DNA of 64,000 nucleotides, from contig OZ242296.1 in assembly GCA_965207735.1 (NCBI GenBank), forward strand, positions 2,976,001-3,040,000, read 5' to 3'. Below are positions 38,068 through 46,893 of this stretch, one piece after another. Origin of the DNA: Candidatus Versatilivorator sp. GTDB taxonomy: Bacteria > Acidobacteriota > Terriglobia > Versatilivoradales > Versatilivoraceae. Numbering within the stretch: position 1 is the stretch's first letter; every line of letters begins with the position of its first letter. The translations under genes and the position numbers were made by a program. The notes beneath the pieces were generated by a model, which worked only from the letters and a program-made list of their open reading frames with translations, was not told where the DNA came from and did not search any database.

Positions 38068-38217
38068 TCCCCGCCGGGGGCGGCGGCTTTCTCCCCCCAA
38101 CCGCAACATCGGGACGACACCCCTGGCAGCGCGGGCGTCCCGCGCCCCCATCTTCTCCCTTGGGTTGCCGCTCAGTTTCCCCGCGATGCCGCTGCAGGTC
38201 CATCCGGGTGAAATAGA

Positions 38218-40146
38218 CCGAAGTTCCTGACCCACCGACAAGATAACTCCTTTATCTTCAATCATCAATCAGGAATCTCAGGTTGTCTTGCCTGGGAACA
38301 TCCTGATGAGCTCGAAGGCCCTTTGCTGTAGCGGGGTCGGCTCGGTCAATCGCTGGACTCGCGGACCATCGGGTTCGGAGGGCAATCGGCACTGGTGGCG
38401 GGCCCGCGTCGCCATCTGCGCCATCAACGTCTCCAGGCTCTGCAGCGGCAAGCCGTCCTCGGTGAGGCGTTTGCTCTTCTTCCGTTTGGCGGAGTCCGAC
38501 GGCTGGGCCGCCAGCACCGGGTCTCGCCGTGCCCGTTCCGCTTCCAACTCCTCGTCATCGAACAGCAACGGAGCCAGGGCCAGCCGCAGATGCCACTGAA
38601 CGTAATAGGCCAGCAGGCACAGGAACAGATGAGCCCGCACCCGGCTCTCCACCCGATGACGGATGGGGCGGATGTGCAGGTCGACGGTCTTGAGGGAGCG
38701 GAAGGCCCGCTCCACCCGCGTCAGGTCCTTGTAGCGGCGCACCACCGCGGCTGTTGGCAGGCGATCGGCTGGCTCGCTGGTCCTCAGCATGTAGAACCCG
38801 TCCAGTTGCGCCTCCCGGATGATGGCGTCGGTGCGCCGTTCATAGTGGAAGGACCCGTCTGCGATCTGGGTCCGGAAGTGTTTGGCCACCTGGAAGCGGT
38901 TCTTGACCCGGCCGACTTTCTCGGCGATCTCGGTCGCCGACAAGGGCGTGCGGGTCCGTCTGGCCACCTGGCGGGCGATTCCGGCCAGCGCCTCCTCGGT
39001 GGCTGTCAGCAAAGCCTCCCGCTTCCGCCGCCGATGCTCGGCCAGCAGCGGGTTGTGGCAGACGATGAGCCTCTCGCCCGGATAGTCCGGGCTGCGGACT
39101 TCGGCCAGATGACGCTCGTCGAACAGGGAGAGCTGAACCGCCTCGCTCTCCACCAGACGGCGTATCTGGTGGTGGCGCAGGGCTGAGACCCACCCCACTC
39201 CCGGATGACGCTTCAGATGGCTGATCTGCGTCTCGGTCAGCAGCCCGCGGTCCCCCACCAGCACCACCCGCTCCAGACCAAACCGACCCCGCACCTTCTC
39301 CACCTGATCCCCCACCGTGGTCGGATCCCCCGTGTTGCCGGCATAGGCCTGCACCGACAGCGGCCGCCCCATCTGGTCGGCCAGCACCCCGTAGACCACC
39401 ATGGGCCGGTCCCGCCTGCCGTCCCGGTTGTGGCCGAACTGCATCAGCGAGCAGGTCTGGCCTTCGTAGTAACTGCTGCTGACGTCATAGAGCACCGCAT
39501 CCCCTTCCGCCAGGTGCCGCTTGGCCAGCTTGCGCTCAATCCGGTCCTGACGCTCCAGCAACCAGTCCATGGCCTCATAGAGATCGTCCTCGTCGGTGTC
39601 CTCAAGGGACAGTTCCTCACCCAACGTGGTGGTGTGCCAAAGACGGGTGGTGGCCAGCTTGGAGGCCGGATAGAGCAGACGCTGCAGGATCATGGCCAAG
39701 ACCCGGTCCCGTTGGGGAGAGGGTCGGGAATCGATCAGCGCCGGCAGCTTCAGCTGCCGCACCACTTCCAGCAGCAACTCGACGTGGCCATGAGGCAGGG
39801 AGCGTTCGATGGCGAAGAGTTGGTCGGGATGGACCAGGGGTTCGTTCTTGAGCACGCGCCGGAGGCGCTCGATCTTGTCCTTGGGCCAATGGGAGAGATT
39901 GGCCAGGGTGCGTTTATGGACCTTTTTACCCTCACGGCGGCCTTCGCGCAGGAGGATGGCAGGGGGAGAGTTGCGGTTGGGGACGGTTTCGACGTACATG
40001 GGACTACGATATCACATACAACTATCATGTCAAGATAAATGCTAATCATATACATGGGAACAACACTCCACACGCCTCAATCCTCTTCCCCAAGAAAACA
40101 AATGGCTTAAGGCGATTTTTTGGGTGTAAAATGGGAGGAACTTCGG
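38218..40146 (-). mobile_element. IS1634-family element (complete)
   Basis: TIR ccgaagttcct / aggaacttcgg; AATAGA duplicated at 38212-38217 and 40147-40152. Confidence 0.95.
38278..39999 (-). CDS. IS1634-family transposase
   Basis: LYDVSSSYYEG, VGDRG and VERAFRSLKTVDLHIRPIRH motifs. Confidence 0.95.
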   Translation of the reverse strand: MYVETVPNRNSPPAILLREGRREGKKVHKRTLANLSHWPKDKIERLRRVLKNEPLVHPDQLFAIERSLPHGHVELLLEVVRQLKLPALIDSRPSPQRDRVLAMILQRLLYPASKLATTRLWHTTTLGEELSLEDTDEDDLYEAMDWLLERQDRIERKLAKRHLAEGDAVLYDVSSSYYEGQTCSLMQFGHNRDGRRDRPMVVYGVLADQMGRPLSVQAYAGNTGDPTTVGDQVEKVRGRFGLERVVLVGDRGLLTETQISHLKRHPGVGWVSALRHHQIRRLVESEAVQLSLFDERHLAEVRSPDYPGERLIVCHNPLLAEHRRRKREALLTATEEALAGIARQVARRTRTPLSATEIAEKVGRVKNRFQVAKHFRTQIADGSFHYERRTDAIIREAQLDGFYMLRTSEPADRLPTAAVVRRYKDLTRVERAFRSLKTVDLHIRPIRHRVESRVRAHLFLCLLAYYVQWHLRLALAPLLFDDEELEAERARRDPVLAAQPSDSAKRKKSKRLTEDGLPLQSLETLMAQMATRARHQCRLPSEPDGPRVQRLTEPTPLQQRAFELIRMFPGKTT

Positions 40147-40230
40147 AATAGATGGGCGAGGATGCGGGGGCTTTGTGCGGGCGGGACGCCCGCGCTCCCG
40201 GGGGGCACCGGCGCGGCTCGTGGCCCGGTT

Positions 40231-41106
40231 CTACCCGAGCAGTCGCTGCACCCAGGCGATGTCCCGGCGCAGGACCTGGCGGGGGTCGGCTTCGCCCTGG
40301 TACTCGATGGACAGGCAGCCGTCGTAATCCAGGCGTTGGAGCTCGGCCAGCAGGGGCTCGAGATCCACCACGCCATCCCGCAGGGAAGTCCCCTGGAAAC
40401 GACATCCCCGGGTGGAGTCCAGAAAGCGGCCGGCCGGCTCACCGCGTTCCAGCGGGCGAGCGTTCTTCAGATGAACGTGGGCCAGGTAGGGCGCCATTTC
40501 GGACAGAGCGGCCAGCGGGGATTCGTGGACGAAAAGGGATGCTGCAGTGTCGAAGATCAGGCGGAAGGCGGGGGAATCGATCCGGCGGGCGATGTCAGCG
40601 CAGTCGCTCCCCCGCCCCATGAGGGGTTGAACCGGCGGATAGTCGATGTTCTCGGCCACCAGGGTGATGCCGATGGATTGCGCGTGGGCCGCACAGGCCG
40701 CCAGTCCTTCCACCAGCCATGATCGCTGCTCGGCCAGCGGAACCTCCAGCTTGACGGTTCCCGGCACGATCATGGCCAGCCGGGCGCCCATCTCGGCCGT
40801 CCTGTCCAGCAGCCTGAAGGTGCGTTCGGCGGCCTCCCGGAGCGAGCCCGAGGGAACGATCAGGTCCGAATGGAAGATATAGCAGGCCAGCGGCAGACCG
40901 GCCTCGGCGGCCATCTGTTTGAGCTGCCGGGCCGTGCAGTCCTCCCAGTAGGGGTGCATGAGCTCCAGCCCGTCGGCGCCGAGCTCGCCGCAGACCGAGG
41001 CCACCTCCTCCAGGGTGAGGAAGCCGGCCCGGGTCCGGGGATTGAGATAGCCCTCCCGCAAAACCCAGTCGAAGTTGTAGTCGATCAGCAGAATGGGGGA
41101 GGGCAC
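40231..41106 (-). CDS. Sugar-phosphate isomerase/epimerase family protein
   Basis: DGLEL, LVAEN, FDTA, HVHLKN and LSIEY motifs. Confidence 0.85.
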   Translation of the reverse strand: MPSPILLIDYNFDWVLREGYLNPRTRAGFLTLEEVASVCGELGADGLELMHPYWEDCTARQLKQMAAEAGLPLACYIFHSDLIVPSGSLREAAERTFRLLDRTAEMGARLAMIVPGTVKLEVPLAEQRSWLVEGLAACAAHAQSIGITLVAENIDYPPVQPLMGRGSDCADIARRIDSPAFRLIFDTAASLFVHESPLAALSEMAPYLAHVHLKNARPLERGEPAGRFLDSTRGCRFQGTSLRDGVVDLEPLLAELQRLDYDGCLSIEYQGEADPRQVLRRDIAWVQRLLG

Positions 41107-41181
41107 GGTGGTGGATTCCGGTCTGCCGGCCGGGCGGCTGGTCTCCAGAAGGGAAATGATGCTGCGGCAGGTTCCGCCGGC

Positions 41182-41985
41182 TCAGCCCCTGCGGCGGTCT
41201 TCGGAGAAGTCGAAGTCCGACATGTCGGGGGTGCAGCCCCGCAGCGTCCAGCCGCCGTCCACCGTCAGAATCTGGCCTGTGACATAGGCGGCTTCGTCGC
41301 TGGCCAGGAAGACACAGGGGCCCACGTAGTCCTCCACCTGCCCGACTCTGCCGGCAGGAGTGACGGCGGCCCACTTGGGGTCGAAGTCGGGGTCGTAGGC
41401 GCGATTGCGATCGTTGCTGGTGGCTGCCGGAGCCAGGCAGTTGACCCGGACCCGCGGCGCCAGTTCCAGGGCCAGTTGCCGGGTCAGGGCTTCCAGGCCC
41501 GCCTTGGCCATGGTGTAGCTGGAGTGGAAGGGGATGATCTGCCTGACGGCAATGGAGCTGATGTTGATGATGGACCCGCCACCGCTTTCCATCATCCCGC
41601 GGGCCGCGGCCATGGAACCGAAGAAAGGGCCTCTCAGGATGGTCGAGACCACGTCCTCGAAGTCCTCCTCGGTCACTTCGAAGAAAGGACCGAAGCGGGT
41701 GCGGGCGGCGTTGTTGACGAGAACGTCCAGGCGGCCGAAGCGACGGCAGACGGCCTCCACCATGCCTTCGAAGTCCTGTTTGGAGCCGATGTCGGCCTGG
41801 AAGAGATCGGCCTCGCCGCCGGCCTCCGACACCTGCCGGACGGTCTGCTCCGCTCCCTCGGGGTCGGTCTTGAAGTTGACCGCCACCCGGGCGCCCTCGG
41901 CCCCCAGCCCGATGACCAGGCCCCGGCCAATGCCCTTGCTGGCGCCAGTGATCAGGGCCACTTTACCGGCAAGCCTGCTACCCAT
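41182..41985 (-). CDS. SDR family oxidoreductase
   Basis: TGASKGIG, NNA and YTMAK motifs. Confidence 0.95.
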   Translation of the reverse strand: MGSRLAGKVALITGASKGIGRGLVIGLGAEGARVAVNFKTDPEGAEQTVRQVSEAGGEADLFQADIGSKQDFEGMVEAVCRRFGRLDVLVNNAARTRFGPFFEVTEEDFEDVVSTILRGPFFGSMAAARGMMESGGGSIINISSIAVRQIIPFHSSYTMAKAGLEALTRQLALELAPRVRVNCLAPAATSNDRNRAYDPDFDPKWAAVTPAGRVGQVEDYVGPCVFLASDEAAYVTGQILTVDGGWTLRGCTPDMSDFDFSEDRRRG

Positions 41986-42100
41986 GGAAATCCTCCTTGA
42001 ACCGTTGCATCCGGAGACCGCCGCAGCGCCGCCGGAACGAGATTGAGCTTTTGAGTCGAAACAACATGTACATCGACAATCAACATCTCATGAACCCGTT

Positions 42101-42160
42101 TCTTCGTGTTCCCTTGTCGTTCTTCGTGCCCCTTCGTGGATATCTTTTTTCATTGGGTTT
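42101..42160. repeat. Dispersed short repeat; a second copy is the target of IS1380 copy 2
   Basis: cttcgtgttcccttgtcgttcttcgtgccccttcgtggata resembles the rejoined 23072-23096 + 25668-25683 sequence cttagtggccctttgtcgttcttagtggcccttcgtggata. Confidence 0.7.
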
Positions 42161-42186
42161 CGGTCTGAGGCACAGCTTCGCCGAAG

Positions 42187-43044
42187 CTACAGCCCCACGC
42201 CGGCCTCTTCAGCCACGCGGCGGATAAATCCGGCGGCCTCGGCGAACTCCGGCTCGGTGGCCAGGTGCTCGATGATCAGGGGCGTTTCGGGAGACAGCCC
42301 CTCGATGCGGCGCAGGTAGGTGTGGTAGTCCAGCACGCCCCGCCCCGGCAGGACCTCCTGGATGGCCACCGTCCTGGAATCCAGGGCGTGGTGGATGTCC
42401 TTGGCGTGACAGGAGCGGATCCAGGGTCCCAGCAGGTCGAAGCAGCGGTCGATCACCTGGCCGGTGGAATAGAAGTCGTGGGGGTCCCGGATGGCGTTGG
42501 CCGGGTCCAGGTGCACGGCCAGCCCCGGCCGGTCCACCGCCTGCAGAATCCTCAGGTACACCTCCGGTCCGTCCAGCAGGGTCCAGGGAGACATCTCCAG
42601 CGTCAAGCGGGTGCGGCGGGGCTTGACCTCGTCCAGGACCTTCCTGACCCACTCGACCACCGCCCCGAAGGCCCTGTCACCGAAATTGTCGGGGTGGTGG
42701 CCCACGTGGGCGAAGGGCGAGCCGCTGGGGTCGAAGGAGCCGACCACGGTGGCGCAGCAGACCGCTTCCAGCTCGTCGGCAACGGCCAGCGTCTCGGCAA
42801 TTTTCTTCAGGTTCGCCCGCCGTTTTCCGTCGTCGGGATCCAGCGGGTTGACCCAGGCGGCCACCTCGGCCACCACGATGTCGGCGGCGGCGAAGGTCCG
42901 CTTGATCTCGGCAAGCTCGTCCCCGGCGCCGGCGAAGGCTTCAGGCCAACTGACAGCCCGATACCCCTGCTTGCGGCACTCCTCCACGTAGTCCCGGGAA
43001 TCCCTGGACCGGAGGTAGTCCTCGATGGTGGCCCCGAGCCTCAT
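42187..43044 (-). CDS. Sugar-phosphate isomerase/epimerase family protein
   Basis: HLDPAN, SCHAKD, PGRGVLDY and IIEHL motifs. Confidence 0.88.
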   Translation of the reverse strand: MRLGATIEDYLRSRDSRDYVEECRKQGYRAVSWPEAFAGAGDELAEIKRTFAAADIVVAEVAAWVNPLDPDDGKRRANLKKIAETLAVADELEAVCCATVVGSFDPSGSPFAHVGHHPDNFGDRAFGAVVEWVRKVLDEVKPRRTRLTLEMSPWTLLDGPEVYLRILQAVDRPGLAVHLDPANAIRDPHDFYSTGQVIDRCFDLLGPWIRSCHAKDIHHALDSRTVAIQEVLPGRGVLDYHTYLRRIEGLSPETPLIIEHLATEPEFAEAAGFIRRVAEEAGVGL

Positions 43045-43075
43045 TCCACTCTCCTTTGCCGAGCGCCTTCAGGCG

Positions 43076-45493
43076 TCAGGCTTGTGGCTTGAGGATGCCG
43101 ATAGGCTCCCCCAGGTTCACCACCGTACCCTCGGGAGCAACCACATGAGCCAGAATGCCGTCGGCCGGCGCCTCGATCTCGGTGAGAGCCTTGTCGGTCT
43201 CCACCTCGACCACGGCCTGTCCATTCTTCACCGCATCTCCTACTTCCACCAGCCAGCGCATGACGGTGGCCTTGGTGATGGTCAGGTCCTGGTGGGGCAT
43301 GGTGATGGGGATGCCGCCTTCCACCGGCGGCGGTTGCGGTGCTTCCAGGGTTTCCCGCGGGGTGTCCTCAGACGCTTTGGAGGGAGATGGAGCGGACGCG
43401 AGTGGTGTGGTCGCCGCCGGGGCGGGTACCGATGAAGCGGCTGCCCTGCGCTCCAGGCGCCTGGGCGTGGGCGCGACTCCGGCCAGAACGGACTCGGCGG
43501 CGCGGCGGATACGGTCCACGGTGAGGGAGATGGCTGCTTCCAGGGGAGGACTGAAGGGATGGGCCACCGGCTCGGTATGCAGTCGGCCCACCGGGGCATC
43601 CAGCAGGTCGAAGCCCTGCTCCATCACCGCGGCTGCGATCTCGCCTCCCAGCCCGCACATGGAGAATGCCTCGTCCACCACCAGCAGGTGATGGGTCTTG
43701 GACAGGCTTTGGATAAGGGTGTCCACGTCCAGCGGAACGATGGTGCGCAGGTCGATCACCTCGCAACCAACCCCCCGGGATTGCAGTTGGTCGGCCGCCT
43801 CCAGGCATCGATGCACCAGCGCCCCGCAGGTGGCCAGCGTCAGGTCGTTCCCCGGGCGCGCCACGGCCGCTTGACCGAAGGGGACCACCCATTCCCCGGC
43901 CGGCACCTCGTCCTCACTGGACAGCAGCACCTTGGGCTCCATGATGATGACCGGATCGTCGGTGCGCAGCGCGGCAGTGAACAGTCCCTTGGCATCGGCC
44001 GCGTTGGAGGGAACCGCCACCATCAGGCCGGGACAGTGGGCCCAGATGGGATAGTAGGCGCCGCTGTGGTGGGGGCCGGCGCTCTTGATGACCCCCATGG
44101 GGGCCCGAATCAGGAGCGGCACGCTGAACTGGCCGTTACTCATGTAGCGCAGCTTGGCCGCCTGCTGAATGATCTGGGAAGCCGCCTCGAACATGAAGTC
44201 GCTGAACATCAGGTCGCTGACGGCGCGGCAGCCCCGGGCCGCCGCCCCGAAAGCAGCCCCGGTAAAGCCCAGCTCGCAGATGGGGGTATCGATCATGCGA
44301 TCGCCGCCGAACTCTTCCCACATCCCCTTGGTGTGGGCGAAGCTGCCGCCGCGCTGGCCGATGCCTTCGCCGAAGTAGATGAGGTTGGGGCTGCGCCTCA
44401 TCTCGGAGGCGATGGCGTCCCGGGTGGCCTCCAGCCAACCCTGTTTACGGGTTTCAGGTCGCGGCGATTGTCCCTCGGGCGCCCCGATCAGGGGACCCCA
44501 GACGGAATCGTGGACGGTGGACTCTGCCGGCAGCGGCGAATCCAGCGCGAACTTTTCGGCCTCGTCCATCCGCGACTCAATCCGGGACTCCAAGGCATCC
44601 AACTCGGCTTTGCTGGCCGTGCCGGTCCGGGTCAGGCGCCGGCCCAGGCGAAGAATAGGGCACTTCCGCTTCCACTGGTCGATCTCCTCCTGGGACCGAT
44701 AGGTGCCCGCCAGGGGTTCACCCTCGTGATGCCCCACCGTGCGATAGGTGCGGGCTTCAATCAGGGTGGGTCCCTGCCCTTCCCGGGCGCGTGCCGCCGC
44801 CTTCCCCATGACCCGATGGACGGCCAGCACGTCGTTGCCGTCCACGGTTTCCCCGGGGATGCCGTAGGCGGCCGCGCGGCTGGCGATGCGGGTGTTGCGG
44901 GTGGACGTGGCCAGTGGCGTGCTGGTGGCGTAGAGATTGTTTTCACAGACGAACACGACCGGCGCCGACAGGGTGGCCGCCAGGTTGAGGGACTCGTGAA
45001 AGGCGCCGTGGCTGACGGCTCCGTCGCCGAAGAAGGCCACCGCAATGCCGCCGTTGCCACGCCCCTTTTCCGCCAGCGCGGCGCCCACCGCGGCCGGAAT
45101 GCCGGCTCCGACCAGACCGTTGGTCCCCAGCAGACCGGTCTCGGCGTCGTACAGGTGCATGCTTCCCCCCCGGCCTCCATTGCATCCCGTGGATCGGCCG
45201 GCCAGCTCGGCCAGAGCCTTCTGGGGCGACAGCCCCTTGGCCAGCGCATGGCCGTGCCCGCGATGAGTGCTGGTGATCACGTCCTGATTGCTCAGGTGGG
45301 CGCACACCCCGACGGCAGTGGCTTCCTCGCCCACGTAGAGGTGTATGAAGCCGGGAATCTTCCCGCCCCGGTAGAGACGCTGCACCCGCAGCTCGAAAAG
45401 GCGGATCAATACCATCCGCTCGTAGAGCCGGAGCTGGGCGGCCTTGTCCACCGTCGAGGCCGACCCACTTTCATGCTTCCCAGGTCGAGTCAT
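43076..45493 (-). CDS. Fused 2-oxoacid/acetoin dehydrogenase E1 alpha, E1 beta and C-terminal lipoyl domain
   Basis: STHRGHGH; TPP motif GDGA...ENN; DTPICE; GPHHS; lipoyl motif VEVETDKA. Confidence 0.92.
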   Translation of the reverse strand: MTRPGKHESGSASTVDKAAQLRLYERMVLIRLFELRVQRLYRGGKIPGFIHLYVGEEATAVGVCAHLSNQDVITSTHRGHGHALAKGLSPQKALAELAGRSTGCNGGRGGSMHLYDAETGLLGTNGLVGAGIPAAVGAALAEKGRGNGGIAVAFFGDGAVSHGAFHESLNLAATLSAPVVFVCENNLYATSTPLATSTRNTRIASRAAAYGIPGETVDGNDVLAVHRVMGKAAARAREGQGPTLIEARTYRTVGHHEGEPLAGTYRSQEEIDQWKRKCPILRLGRRLTRTGTASKAELDALESRIESRMDEAEKFALDSPLPAESTVHDSVWGPLIGAPEGQSPRPETRKQGWLEATRDAIASEMRRSPNLIYFGEGIGQRGGSFAHTKGMWEEFGGDRMIDTPICELGFTGAAFGAAARGCRAVSDLMFSDFMFEAASQIIQQAAKLRYMSNGQFSVPLLIRAPMGVIKSAGPHHSGAYYPIWAHCPGLMVAVPSNAADAKGLFTAALRTDDPVIIMEPKVLLSSEDEVPAGEWVVPFGQAAVARPGNDLTLATCGALVHRCLEAADQLQSRGVGCEVIDLRTIVPLDVDTLIQSLSKTHHLLVVDEAFSMCGLGGEIAAAVMEQGFDLLDAPVGRLHTEPVAHPFSPPLEAAISLTVDRIRRAAESVLAGVAPTPRRLERRAAASSVPAPAATTPLASAPSPSKASEDTPRETLEAPQPPPVEGGIPITMPHQDLTITKATVMRWLVEVGDAVKNGQAVVEVETDKALTEIEAPADGILAHVVAPEGTVVNLGEPIGILKPQA

Positions 45494-46284
45494 TGGGCCA
45501 TGAACCCCCCATCCACAAAGAGCACGTGCCCCGTCACCATGAGCGAGGCCTGTGAAATCAGAAACAGGCAGGGTCCCACCAGGTCGGCGGGTTCCGCCAG
45601 GCGTCCCGCCGGAATCCGTGACAGGATCTTCTCCAGCAGGGCCTCACGGTTTTCGAGGGCGGGGTTTTCCAGCACCGAGTCCAGCATCGGCGTGCGCACC
45701 TGGCAGGGGGCGATGGCGTTGACGCGAATCCCGAAGGGAGCCCATTCCACCGCCAACTCCCGGACCAGGGCGTTGACGCCCGCCTTGGAGGCGGCGTAGG
45801 CGCCCGTGCCCCGCCCAAAGGCTGCCGACGAGGCAATGCTGCTGAAATGCACCAGGCTGCCGCCGCGCCCCTGTTCGAGCAACACTCTTCCTACCGCCCG
45901 AGACACCAGGAAGCTGCCCCCCAGGCTGGTATGAATCGACTGGTCGAACTGCTGCTGGGTCATGCGCACGATGGGATTCAGTTGCTGCTTGACCGTCAGG
46001 TTGACGGCGAAGTCCAGGCTTCCCAGAAAGGCAACCGCCTGCTCCACCGCCCGGTCCACCTCATCCTCGCGATTGACATCGCATCCCATCCCGATGGCCC
46101 GGCCTCCCATATCCTGGATTCTCTCGGCGCCCTCGGCCGCCGCGGCCTCCCGAAGGTCGCACAGCGCCAGTTCGGCGCCGCCTCGGGCCATGCGATCGCA
46201 CAGCACCGTTCCGATGCCGCCGGCCGCCCCGAAGACAATGCCCTTGCGACCGTCTATCGCAAATAGCGTTGAAGTGTCGCTCAT
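45490..46284 (-). CDS. SDR family oxidoreductase
   Basis: GAAGGIG, YAASK and GIRVNAIAP motifs. Confidence 0.93.
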   Translation of the reverse strand: MSDTSTLFAIDGRKGIVFGAAGGIGTVLCDRMARGGAELALCDLREAAAAEGAERIQDMGGRAIGMGCDVNREDEVDRAVEQAVAFLGSLDFAVNLTVKQQLNPIVRMTQQQFDQSIHTSLGGSFLVSRAVGRVLLEQGRGGSLVHFSSIASSAAFGRGTGAYAASKAGVNALVRELAVEWAPFGIRVNAIAPCQVRTPMLDSVLENPALENREALLEKILSRIPAGRLAEPADLVGPCLFLISQASLMVTGHVLFVDGGFMAQ

Positions 46285-46339
46285 GGAGTTTACCGAGGCG
46301 TATTCTAGCAGAATGTCCCCGGGGCGGGGATTTTCAGTC

Positions 46340-46475
46340 GGAATCGGACCGCCGCCTGGCCTTCAACCTCCCGTGGTTTGGTGGTATACTGTGTCGGGTT
46401 GATTCTCTCCCTGAAATCCCGTTTAACTCCCTCCCCAAGAGTCATTTGTTGGACTCAGAGAACCGATGTCGCCCG
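46340..46475 (-). pseudogene. Eroded relic of the IS1380 5' region
   Basis: ttcaacctcccgtggtttggtggtatactgtgtcgg...ttaactcc...caagag...gagaaccgatg is collinear with 24661-24767. Confidence 0.65.
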
Positions 46476-46580
46476 CCTGCGGGGAGCCATGCGTACTGGC
46501 TTCCGCCTCTGGGACCCTCCCTCCCCAGTGGTCTGCGGTCGGGCATGTGAGACAATGAACCCGGAACGGTTGGAGGGAGC

Positions 46581-46808
46581 ATGAGCGGAGAAATGATGGC
46601 CATCCTGTCGGTGGGGATAGGCTTGGGCCTGCTATCGACCGGCCTGTTCGCCTGGCTGCGGGCCGACATGGTGAAAGTAGAGGAGCGGCTGCGGGCTGAC
46701 GTCAAGCAGTTAGCCGACCGGATCGGACGGCTCGAATACGGTCAGGCCAAGCTGGAGGGACTGCTGGAAGGCTTGAGGGAGGCGATCACCGGCCGGGCCG
46801 CCAGTTGA
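46581..46808 (+). CDS. Small protein with N-terminal TM and coiled coil (CCDC90/DUF1640-like)
   Basis: Hydrophobic N-terminus followed by LRADVKQLADRIGRLEYGQAKLEGLLEGLREAI; RBS ggagg. Confidence 0.75.
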   Translation: MSGEMMAILSVGIGLGLLSTGLFAWLRADMVKVEERLRADVKQLADRIGRLEYGQAKLEGLLEGLREAITGRAAS

Positions 46809-46893
46809 AAGACCGGGGCTGGAAGAATTGTCGGGCGCGCAGGAATTTCCTTTCCTCAAGGGGGTCGCAGGAAGCGGCGCAGCCACAGCCGGA

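Larger units (their letters stand above)
38120..40205. repeat. REP-like inverted pair split by IS1634
   Basis: ccctggcagcgcgggcgtcccg (~38121) and gcgggcgggacgcccgcgctcccgggg (~40177) face each other across the IS. Confidence 0.6.
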
